Below are positions 12,367-23,311 of a DNA stretch of 64,000 nucleotides, one piece after another. The translations under genes and the position numbers were made by a program. The stretch's first letter is position 1. Each line of letters opens with the position of its first letter. Source of the stretch: Thalia democratica (lineage: Eukaryota); NCBI GenBank assembly GCA_965202585.1, contig OZ241830.1, forward strand, positions 21,204,001 through 21,268,000. The letters run 5' to 3'. The notes under the pieces were generated by a model. It searched no databases, had not been told where the DNA came from, and was given only the letters and a program-made list of their open reading frames with translations.

Positions 12367-14544
12367 TGTCCCCTAAAAACAACCCAAAACTAATTGTGGT
12401 AAAAAATAAAATTACAAAATAGAATTCTTTTTAATGTTGAGTGGTCACATGACAATTAAAATTTCGACAAATCAGATTCTAAAAAATATTTTCAAGGGCC
12501 ACAACACAAAAAGTTATATATAATTGGAAAAATGCGTATATAAGTTTAACTAATACCTACAAATGCTTTTTTGTTGTTGAAGGTAAAAAATTACTAAAAA
12601 AGAATTTGGTAAAATACTAAAGTTACTATATTTAATACGTTTTTCAACCATATCCTCCGAAATACTTTAAATTTTTCAAATAGTATTTCTGAGTGTTAGC
12701 TAGACCTAAATACGCAAATTTATTTTTATTCGAGTATACTTTACTTTTTGATTTTTGGCCCGTTAAAAAGTATCTTAAGAAATAGAGTTGTCGGAATTAG
12801 AATAGTTCGAATTTGAATAGCTGGGCTCTGAAAACTTTTGTAGATGTTTTTTAATAAAAATTAAATTACGTAAAATAAATATTTTTTAGTTTAATTATCG
12901 ATTTAAATTTAAAATAGATTTTTTTTAAACTACACAAAGTTTTACATCTTTAAAGAACTAATTCTCACATGTTTCCTAATTTTTATCAGTAATCGAGAAA
13001 TGAAATTAATTTAACATATGTTGTTTGCTTTTTTAAGAAATGGCTTTTCAACTGGTCTTAGTAATTAATTTCGAAATAGAATTTAAAATAAATTACTATT
13101 CAATACTTTTTGAATTAACTCAAGCATCCATTTTCTTAATTTTAATTAAAAAAATCTAGAGTATTTAAAAACAATTTTTTTTGCTAAAATCAAAATTAGT
13201 GAAACTTGATGTATACAGCTGGTAATTTAAATTTATTTTAACAACCACTATACATACAAAGTTTGTTTTACACTTGGTCGGTACAATTGTGTGTTCACTA
13301 CAATTGGTAAAAAATAAAAGCTCATTCATAAGTTGTACATACACTAACCATAAAAGCAATAAAAAACATTTAAACAATTACAAAAAAAGCCATTATAGCC
13401 AAAGTAACCCTCGTAACAAATTTTTGCTGAAAAAACATTAGAGAGTTTTGTAATGGTGTATTTTATTGCATGCTTCCATTATATATTTTTAAATTTCAGA
13501 CCACAACGTATACTTTTTATATAAATCGTTTAGTACGGGAGTTTCAAAGACAGCTTCATATAATGCTAAACCAATTATTAGAACATTAAAAAAATTTGTT
13601 TAATCAAATCAAAAGCATTTTATTTAACTAGTTTGATTTTTGGCTCATTTTTAAAGTAATATAGATACATAAAAAAGACCGATGTTTATAGTCTTATGTG
13701 GCCAATTTTCTAAATTGTTCATTTTAGTAGCCTCACGTCGGTTGAAGTTTAAAATTTTTTTATTCTACCCTTTATAAGTACAAAACAATAAAAGTTCTAT
13801 AACAAATGATTGTTGTCTTAAACTAACACATTTAATGATTTTAGGCGTATATGCTGTACGTTATAAAAATACAATTCTCTACATTTTGTTGTATGTACTG
13901 TTAAATATTTAGTTTATATTTAATATTTAACAAGTTAAAACATTATAATTTAAATTTTAAAAATAAATTAAAATAAAAGTCAAAACTCTTTTTTTTGTTT
14001 GTGATTATTTAAAAGTAAAAAAAAATAGTTTATAAAATATTTTATATTTAACTAAAATCTCAATACCTTAAATTTATAAACGTCAACAAAAAATAAACAC
14101 ATACTATTTTTAAATAGTAATTATTTAAGTATTACTAAACAGTATTTATATTTATAGAATTTGTTACCTCTTCTTACACAGTTTTATAAATGAAAAAGTA
14201 TAAATTAAAACCTTATAAGTTTAGGTTTAATTTTGTTGAATAGTTTAATACATGTTTTGTGTTGATGTTTTAGTATTTAAAGAATATTAAAAAAAAAACT
14301 TTGTATTTTTTTAGCGACATTTACTTTTATAAATAAGCAACTAATTTTTGTATAAAAATTAATTTTTTTAAAATGTAATGCATCATTATTTAAGGCTTAT
14401 TAAAATAACAGAAACTAAAATTTAGTGTAAGTTGAATTGAAAAGAATTGTTTTCCTAAGCAGAAGCATTTTAGACAACTTCACATGAATATTTTATTAAA
14501 AAACATTGACAAATGTCACAGATACTTTTATAAGTTGTTTTTTT

Positions 14545-14745
14545 TACCTCGAACTCCAGCTAGTAAAACTTGAACATTAGGTTTATACAGTTGCTACCGT
14601 TAACGATTAGCGATGAGCAAGTTAATAAAAAGATTTATAAATAAAAGATTAGATAACAACGCTACATTCGCAAATAATCATTTTTTTAAGGCGAGGTGTT
14701 AAGGTAGTAATTTGATTGATAACTTGCTTGGTTTAATTTGTAATT
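14545..14745 (+). repeat. Conserved non-coding block, third copy of 51355-51550 / 42210-42420
   Basis: Shares ATTAGATAACAACGCTACATT and TTTAAGGCGAGGTGTTAAGGTAGTAATTTGATTGATAACT. Confidence 0.85.
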
Positions 14746-17669
14746 TATTATCTTGTTTACTTTTACTTGTCTTTAAAATTAAATAAGTTTAAGATATACA
14801 TTTTTACTAAAATCAATAAAGTGTTTAATAACAATGATGTGCTTTTTGTAAAAAGAATAAAGTCACACTTTAGTTGACATTTCTTTTCAAGTACTTAACG
14901 AGTTTAATTGTTCTAAAAGCCGACCAAAATCTGTAAAAAAAATCAAAAATAAGTATATTCACAATTTTTTTTACTCAAACGTATTGACTTTACATGTATC
15001 TTGTTTTTATAAAGTTCATTTAAAATTGTATTATTTTTATAGTTTAAATAAGAACAAAACTAAAATTTAGGATAAAATTATTTTAAAAAACATTAACCAC
15101 AGTATCTAAGTTCTTAAAACTGTAATAAATATTGTGAAAACACAGATCTTTCCCTTTTTTTAATAAATTCATTTATGTTTTAAATAAAAAAAACATTATA
15201 CCTTTTATGAAATTAAGAAACTTATAAAGTAAAATACGAAAATAATATTATGACTACTCAAAAAGTTTAACTCTTTTTTAAATATACAAAAAATTAGCGT
15301 AAACTTTTCTTTTCAAGGTTTTTCATTCATTAGCTATAACTACTTTGGTTTTAATTTTCACGCTTCAGAAAAATTGTCAACTCTCAATAAGTATTTTAAC
15401 AACCTAACATAATTACTGAAAAACAAACGAAAAAACATAAATTAGTCACTTTTTTGAAGTAGTTTTGTTGTCTAAATCGAGATACGATAAATTTACTCGC
15501 TAATATCGTTTTATCAGTTTTCAACAAAGGAGTTTAAGAACATGACAACTTTTATAATAGTAATGTTCAAGTGTATCTATTGTCTTTATATATTGTGAAT
15601 ATTAATTTAGAACCTTTATAGAAAATGAAAACTATGTGATTTTAAATTAATGTCTTATCTTTTAAAGTTTGTAAGTATTCGTGTATAACTATAGCTTTTG
15701 GTAAATGTATTAAAAAAATTATCAAATGTTGTATATATTAAATGGTTTAGATTGAAAATTAAAAAATAACTAAAATTTTGAACTATAATTAGATTCTAAT
15801 ACATATTATAGTAAGTTTCGTTAACAGGTAAATAGCTAGTTGTGTACGAAAAATCGGCTTTAATAACTGTACTCTTGTATATTTTTATGCAAAATGTTTT
15901 TGTTTTGAATGCATAAATGAAAAAAGATATATCTAGGTATAAACACAGGCATAAATAATGTTTCAAATACGCTTTTTTAACAACACATTTTTAACAACAG
16001 TCTATTGTAAATAAATCGAAATATATAATAAATACTCGGATGCTATTCTTAAATGTTTTGTTATTTTCACTATATATCTCCAGAAACATTACTGAAGAAT
16101 AATAAGGTATAAAAACAGTTTTTCACTAAAATAAAAAAATATTATTTAAATGCTAATACTCATCTTAAATAATCTTAATATATCTTAAATGCTAATAATA
16201 ATAAATAATAGTCAATAAAGAGACTAACAAAAGTAGAAAAAAAAAAGTCTTGTAAGAAACAAATAAATTCTACTTTTGTTAGTATCATTAATGACTGATT
16301 AGCATTATAGACAACAGTATAAGATACATATCATTGATAACTATGCTAGTCTCAGAAGTTGTAAATGATAAAACTTCATTTTTACTTGGATGTGATGAAG
16401 TTTTTAATTGATTCTTAGTTTATTAGAATATTTGTTTTTTAACCTAAATTTATGAAAAGTACTCAGATACTCAGTCTTTGAGGAGTACGGTATTATACAA
16501 TCTAAAAAACATTAATACACTAACAAAATTTAATCTGTACTAAAATTAGTCTGTTAATTTTTACTAAATAAAACATATATATGGTGACTTTGTGACATTT
16601 TTTTGATCAACTGTTATTTACAGTTATTAGTGCAAACGTATTTTTAATTCTAGAAAGTATCTATAGGTAGAAATAATATTTCTGTTTTATCAATTTAGTT
16701 ACACTGAAATTATTGAGTCATTTTATAAGACGTTTAGTAGTTATAATAAAGAAAATGCATAAAGAACAACTAGGTTGTAAGCTTTTTAGAAATAAAAATT
16801 TAAGAGAAAATAAACTTGAGTTTTTAAAAGTTTTCTGTCAACTCAAAACAATAAACTACTAAATTTGAATAGTTCATTTTAGATAAAACTAGAAATTTTT
16901 AAGTATGTTAAATACTTTTTCTTGTTTAACTAAAATTTTAACCTTAAGATTCATAATCATTATAATGTTAATTTAATTTAGGTTTCATTTTCATGATACA
17001 ACATGTAGTAATACTATTTTTTTAGGTTTTCAACAATAACATGAACTTGCTTTATTTATCGAAATTTTGAAGGGTATCACTAATTACTTTATAAGGCTTG
17101 TTCTTTTCTAACTATAACTTTTTATAACTAGCTTTTATGAAGTTTAAATGAAGTCTTTATGAATTTTAAAACTTAATGCAGTTTTATTTAAAAACAAGTA
17201 AACTAAGAAAAATAAACAAAAAGTAGACAGTATCGTTGAAATAAACTTTATTTTGATGTATAACTCTTGTTAAAATAAAAAAAATATTTTAAATATACAA
17301 TAGATTAGTTTAAAGTGATCGAAGTCACAATGCAATAGACACAAGCTAAATTTAAATAGCTAATTAGAAACAAACTTACAAACTTTTGTAAAAGTTTTAA
17401 TCTTTTTGAATTTAGTAGTTAATTAGTTTTTAAATTTTTATTAGTGATAATGGCTGTAGTAAATGTTTTTGTACTCAGTTTGCATGAACTCTTTATTATT
17501 AGGAAATATTTGTAGAAATTTAAAACGATTATATTTTTTTTATATGTATATGCTTTATAGTTTAAGCTAGTTTAATTTTTACGTTTTTCTTTAAAGTTTT
17601 TTTTAAATCTCTAACTAAGTTTAATCAGTTGATACTTTTGTATAACTGTGTAAGTAAAGAAGGAAATTA

Positions 17670-17865
17670 GGTTTAAGAAAACGAGCTTAACGTCTGCACA
17701 AAAGGAAACCTCTTTTTTAACATTAGGTCATAAATTAGCATAAACTTTTCCTTTCAAACTTTTATTATTCTTTGGCGAAACCTTTATTGATTTTATTCAA
17801 AACGCTTGAGAAAAATTGTCAACACTTCATGAATATTTTAATAACCAAGCATAATTGTCTAAATA
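17670..17865 (+). repeat. Conserved non-coding block, copy of 57355-57560 / 35680-35885; older copy at 15290-15420
   Basis: Shares AAACTTTTCCTTTCAAACTTTTATTATTCTTTGGCGAAACCTTTATTGATTT. Confidence 0.85.
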
Positions 17866-18806
17866 AACAAGTATTTTAAAACAGATATTTCAAACTGTTG
17901 CCATAAAGTAATTTAATTTGTAATATATCCATTATCAAATGTAACGTACTATATCACTTTGTTGAATAATATAGCAAAGTTATTCAAATTCAGATGCTTT
18001 TTGATACATAGTTTTAAAAGTATGCAGAAAAGGTATAACGTTTAGTTTAGTTTTAAATTAAAAAATATTCAACTTATTTTCAATAGTTAGTCTGTCTACA
18101 GCTTGATTAGTTGATTCCGCTTCTTATATTTATAATTTAATACAAAATTAAGTACTTTTATGCTTTCCTAAAATAAAAATTTAGATGTTACGTTGAAGTG
18201 TTACACGCTTTGAATATTGTTATGATCAGCAGTTTTTTAAGACTAGAAAAAAATACTACACACTCATTGTTCATGGTTTAAACTTAAACTTTAACTAAGC
18301 ATGAACAACTTTTAAGATAATACTTTCAAAACAATTTTATTGATCGTTTAAAACTGTTCAACAATGGTTTTTAGAACTATTCATTGCAAAAGGATATATT
18401 TAAATGGGTTTCAGAGCTTCCAACTTTATTTTGGAAAAAGTTCAAAAGTCATTAATAATTAGGATTCTATTTTGCAGTCAAAGAATTTTTTGTTCGATTT
18501 GAAAATAGCTACTCAACAATAATGCACGCAAAAAAATAAAACAGTAAGTTTTTAGAAGTGGATTAAAGAAAAACAATAAAGTTATTTTATAAATAAGAAA
18601 TCTCAATTGCTAAACAAACTGCATGTAAAACTTGATTCATTAAAAAATAAAAATATAAAAACTATATTTCTTGCAACTAAACTGTTATTACATCAGCGGA
18701 TGTAATTTCAAATGTCATTTTGTGTCAAAAAAAAAAACTATCCATAATATTTAAATAAGGCCAAGACAGTATTTTATTTTTCGTTTAATTGCAGCAACTT
18801 AATTGC

Positions 18807-18905
18807 AGCAACATCTAAATACTAGCCATAATTTTAATGAAATCACATCAAATTATGGGCATAATTGATTGCAGCAATTCTACTCATAAAATAGTGCCCA
18901 TAAAA
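18807..18905 (+). repeat. CCCATAA-motif piece, also found in the palindrome spacer (46727-46825)
   Basis: Gap-free alignment of about 100 bp with about 9 mismatches. Confidence 0.85.
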
Positions 18906-20602
18906 AGACCGACCCTTTTAAACTAGTCAACAATATTTAACCTAAACCTATAAGGTTTATAGTCACATTTTTTTTATAAAACTCTTTAAGAAGCGGTATA
19001 AAATTTTATAAATGTGCTTTACTGTTAATATTGTAAAAGATTACTAATTAGAAATTAAAATATTAAACTTTGCTACAAACTTCATTTTGTTAATTAGTTA
19101 ACTTTAATCTCTTCTAGGTAAGAAAAAACTCGGTGTTTGTTAGAACTACGTACATTACATATTGTTTTAAGCATTAAATAATACAATGAGTTATGGTCAA
19201 AAACTAAATGCCTTAATAAGATACTTTAAGCTACAATAAATAATTAACAGTTATATCAATGCTCTGACCAAGCAAAATAGTGGTTTTAGTAAATTGCAAT
19301 GAGTATATGGAATATAATAAGAAAATATTGTTTTTTATATTTAAATTATTTAACGACTAAAACTTTGTTTGTACAAACAATATACTACATATTTAGTACA
19401 ATTTAATACTATTGAAGTGATGCATACGATTTTTTTTGATCGAATACTAAAGGTTTTTTATCAGTCAAAAATTAACAAACTTAACAGTAAATTCAATTAT
19501 ACAATACATTTTAGAATTTATTTATTAATATAAATTTTTGATGACCAGTTTAAAACTTTTCATAAACAGTAGGAACATAAAGCATCAAAATCAAAAAACA
19601 GTTAGAGTGTTGTATGTTTTATGTAATATATACGTGATATGTAATAAAAACTAGTTTTTCATTAAGTTGCTTCTTAAATAAATGGTTGATTTTATAACTT
19701 AACGGTTTTATAGTAGACCTTAAAGTTTTTCCTAGACTTTTTAATGATTCAACAAACTGTAAAATCTAAACAGCTTAATCTTTCACATTTGTGCACGACT
19801 AACAAAATTCCGATAATTTAATTTAGATATTTTTAAACGGCCACAACTCAATAAGTAGTATATATATTTATTTTAAATTGCGAATGTAGGTTTAATTTAT
19901 ACCTATAACAACTTTTTTTTTGAAAAACATTAAGTATTTTTAGAGATATGATTATAAAAAAGTAATGATATATAGTAAATTTTAGTATCTAACCAAATTC
20001 TTTTTGAAAAAGATTCATTTTTCAAAAACAAACAAGTGTTTGTAGGTATTAGATAGACCTAGTTACGCGTTTTTTCTCAAATATATGTATATTACTTTTT
20101 AAATTGTCGCCCTTTGAACTTTTTTCAGGGTTTTGTTTGTCAGAGTTTAATTTGTCCGAATTTGAGTTGTCATGTAACCACTTGAAAAAGTTAACAAGTT
20201 CTATTTTACATGTTTATTTTAAAAAAATATTTTTTTTAATAATTTTTTAATTAATAATCAACACAACCGACCAACCGTGTTTCTTTCAACTTTTAATTTC
20301 TTAAAAAATGTGTTTAACATTATTCAGACCTTATTAATGTGTACTCAACAGTAATTCTTTAAATGAAGATTAAATCATTATTTTTAAACATCATCGGTAA
20401 TTTATGATGCAGCTAAGCAGCCGCTAAATAGTCAAAAATCCATAAAAATTAAAGAAGTTTCACTAAACTATAGCAGGGGAGTGTCTATACTTTTTCAGTG
20501 TGAATGCATAACTTTTTGTTCAATAATAAAGTACAGTAACCTGTCACTTAGATACGCCGATTGAGTTTGCACTTTTTAGCTAAAAAACAATGTGTTCAAT
20601 TA

Positions 20603-20850
20603 AAAATAAAAGTTGCAAGTTATGTAGATGATGTCCTTGCAAATCTTACTTAAAATTTTAATTTCCTCAACATTTAAGTATATTTCTTTAATAAAACAAA
20701 ATTTTATAAGTAGTTTAATCTAACAAAACTAAAATGTTATTTCAACTTCTACAGTATCATAAATATTATAAAACAATGTTATTTTAATGTGTACCTTGAT
20801 GGTGTAAGGGTCCTAATGATGGTTATTTAAATTCTCTGGGTTAATCATTT
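20603..20850 (+). pseudogene. Possible highly decayed LINE reverse-transcriptase fragment
   Basis: KIKVASYVDDVL (YxDD), later NKTKMLF and FKF/LG(L)I with frameshifts, in RT motif order. Confidence 0.4.
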
Positions 20851-21854
20851 TAATATCTAAAACCTGTCATTGGTTATTTGTATAGAAAGTATTATTTTAA
20901 CAGAAGTTTCAAGAAAATTTTGAATTTTCGCTACATTAATGTAGTGGTCAAGTTGTTAAAATATCATAGTAAGTTTCTAATAAGCTATAAGAATCAAAAC
21001 TTTAAAAAATATTGTATATGTGTTGACTTTGAAACATTCAACTCAACTTCCAGTTGCTTTGTAGTTTGAAGTGATACGGTTTGTTTCTTGAAAATTTATT
21101 TTAAACAAAAAATAAGCGTAATTAAACTTTATTTATTACATTAAACATTTTTGAAGTAAAATAGTACTTAAAAGTCTAAAATAAATGCATAGCTACTGTT
21201 TAAATACATTGAATAGCATTTTATAATGGAAATCTTAAGCACCTGAGTAAAAAGTCAAACTTTAAAACATTAATTCTTTATGACATCACAACCGAATTTC
21301 AAATTTAAATATATTTCAGCTCATGTCAGCTCAGCTTATAAAAAATCAAAACACTACAAAACAAATAGATAGCCAATTTAATTAAAAATTTGGAAACCAC
21401 ACCACAATAAATGCAAAAAGCGGGTTTCTTACATAAATTAATTTCTTATTAAAAAGCTATAAAGGTCTTTTTTTGATAAAAAGTTGGCACAATTTCAGAA
21501 ACTTTGATGAAACTTTTTAAACTTAAACATGCAAAAAAGGAACTTCTAAAGTTTTAAAATATATCATACATTGTTACATTACTTTAAAGATGATGAAAGA
21601 AAAAATTGTGATATTAATTTATGTTCATCAAAAACTGAAACATGGTTTTACAGTAATTATGGATTAACAACAACAAAAATAAGCAACAACTTAAAATACA
21701 AACTAGTTTTGTTGGTTGAAAAAAACACTTTCACACAGATTTATAATACATAATACAAAGTAACAAATCTTAAAAACGATTCGTTATACTAACAAAAAAT
21801 AGTTTTACAAGCTGTATACTTCATTATCACCTTAGTACTGTTAACTAAATTTAT

Positions 21855-22058
21855 CTATAAACAGTGGTTCAGCTGCGCGTTGACCAGTGAGAAGTAGCTT
21901 CCCTTCAGTTCCAGCAACTTTTCGTGACTTCCGCTTTCCACTACCACCCCGTTCTCAATCACCATTATGACGTCACTGTTGCGAATGGTGGACAACCGGT
22001 GTGCGATGACGATGCACGTCCTTCCCTCCGTTGCCCTGTCGATGGCCTCTTGCACGAT
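21855..22058 (-). pseudogene. Orphan duplicate of ABCB terminal exon, open frame ([12 protein letters not shown]...NAQLNHCL*)
   Basis: CTCAAACAG acceptor retained; 9 nt differences in 195 coding nt vs 5228-5422 (7 synonymous, 2 replacements) plus TGA>TGT stop loss; no intact upstream ABCB exons on this strand. Functional status uncertain. Confidence 0.8.
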
Positions 22059-22730
22059 CTGTTTGAGTATATCATTATTGTTGTTGTGACATCTTTAATA
22101 GGTTTTGCTTACTTTTAGTGAGTTAGAATTATTTAAAAAAAATTAAAAACAAAGTATTAACGGGTAAACGACAAACTTTATTGACTAAAGTTTTGTAATA
22201 GTCAGTTAGAACATTTTGATTTTCTTAACGTTTGATACAACAAAAAAGAAATTGTAATTATTAAATGTAGCTTAAAACACTGTAAACTAATCAGTTTATT
22301 TAAATAATAATAAAAGTGTGAAGTAGCTAATCTACTTTTTACCAGGTTTCAGTAAGAAAAGTGCCGACTTTGTCAAAAACTGAAAAATCGTAAACTGCAC
22401 TGAATAATATCCTTTTTTTGCAGTTTACTAAAATTTTAGTATCTGACGAGATCAGAACTTTTTTATACTGAGACCTGGTAATAAATAGAGTACTTAGTAA
22501 TTAGTTTTTTTATTTATTTTTACAACAAGCAGTTTAAAAGTTTCAAAAACTATAAGAAGTTTTAAAGTAATGTTTTATACCAACTTTATTTAATAATAAT
22601 TAAACATTAAAACTTTATAAATTTAACATTAAAAAGAAGTGTTATATAAATAGATAAATTTCTTTCAACTTGATTCCTTATAAAAAATTGCATCTGATCA
22701 AAAAAAGTTTTTAAGTTAGTTCATGTTTAA

Positions 22731-22736
22731 TTTATT
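22731..22736 (-). terminator. Candidate poly(A) signal for the left protocadherin
   Basis: First AATAAA on the minus strand after the stop at 22989; low specificity in AT-rich DNA. Confidence 0.35.
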
Positions 22737-22791
22737 GATAAAAGCTATATAAAACAATAAAAAAGAACTATATATACAGTTTACAAATTAC

Positions 22792-22920
22792 CTTTTCACC
22801 TTCGGTATCCAGCACAGAGGGAGCGTCATTCAGAAACAGAGCTTTGGGATTTCTGAGAAGAGCCTTGCCGATTGCAATTCTCAGTTTCTAACCTCCTGAT
22901 GGCTGGGCACCTTTAGATCA
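22792..22920 (-). pseudogene. Decayed duplicate of ABCB signature/Walker B exon
   Basis: [41 protein letters not shown] then GTAATT donor; 25 differences in 129 nt, no indels; 5' part of exon missing. Confidence 0.9.
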
Positions 22921-22988
22921 ATTGGGATTGAAACGTTAATCAGATTAAAACTAAGTCCTTCTGTACTCCTCCATCTACTTCACACTAT

Positions 22989-23311
22989 TCACGTGCTAGT
23001 TTTTGGCGAAACCCTGTTGTCTTCGTAGCTCGACAGCTTAGATTTCATAGCCAGCGACAAGTAGTTCTGCTGGGAAAAACTTCCGCTCGACTTGGAAGAC
23101 TGCGGGAACGAAACCTCGCTCGGGTTGGACAACCTGCCGATCGAAGTTGAGTTTGTGACGTCATAGTTGAAACGAGGGTCGTAGTAGAAGTTGTTGGGTT
23201 TGTACACTTGGGGTCGCGACTCATCGTAAGGAAGGGTTTTCGGCTCGCTGCTCGATATTGACTCTTCTGGTAAGTGTTGGAGATGAATCGTGTTTCTATG
23301 AAGCTCGTTTG
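22989..23311 (-). CDS. Left protocadherin exon 18 (Ser-rich tail, stop)
   Basis: AACAG acceptor, phase 1, open to TGA; GC-rich like genuine coding sequence. Confidence 0.8.

Larger units (their letters stand above)
7227..12371. mobile_element. Foldback/MULE-like non-autonomous element with tandem-repeat TIRs
   Basis: Inverted minisatellite arrays at both ends; GG...CC termini (GGTATACTATCAAAATCC vs reverse complement GGACACGTTCAAAATCC); flanked by TCTAAAAAC/CCTAAAAAC (9-bp TSD, 1 mismatch); absent from the paralogous site near 20200-20250; no coding ORF inside. Confidence 0.75.
5228..13300 (+). repeat. Left arm of ABCB tail-to-tail inverted duplication (interrupted by 7227-12371)
   Basis: Inverted anchors 5228-5955 vs 21320-22058, 7000-7205 vs 20250-20460 (exact 20-mer 7185-7204/20253-20272), 12441-12830 vs 19790-20181; inner boundary approximate. 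Confidence 0.8.
19250..22920 (-). repeat. Right arm of ABCB tail-to-tail inverted duplication
   Basis: Same anchors; also carries the copy of exon 3039-3185; inner boundary approximate. Confidence 0.8.

Noticed and set aside
11816-12382. 188-aa ORF (and the 75-aa ORF at 7486-7713) with QNPP/STRSK repeats
   Set aside because: Simple translation of the minisatellite, which lacks stops in these frames; no coding evidence.
12441-20181. 390-bp inverted repeats read as TIRs of a 7.7-kb transposon
   Set aside because: Homology continues on both sides and fits the symmetry of the ABCB inverted duplication; no convincing TSD. A MITE predating the duplication is not excluded.
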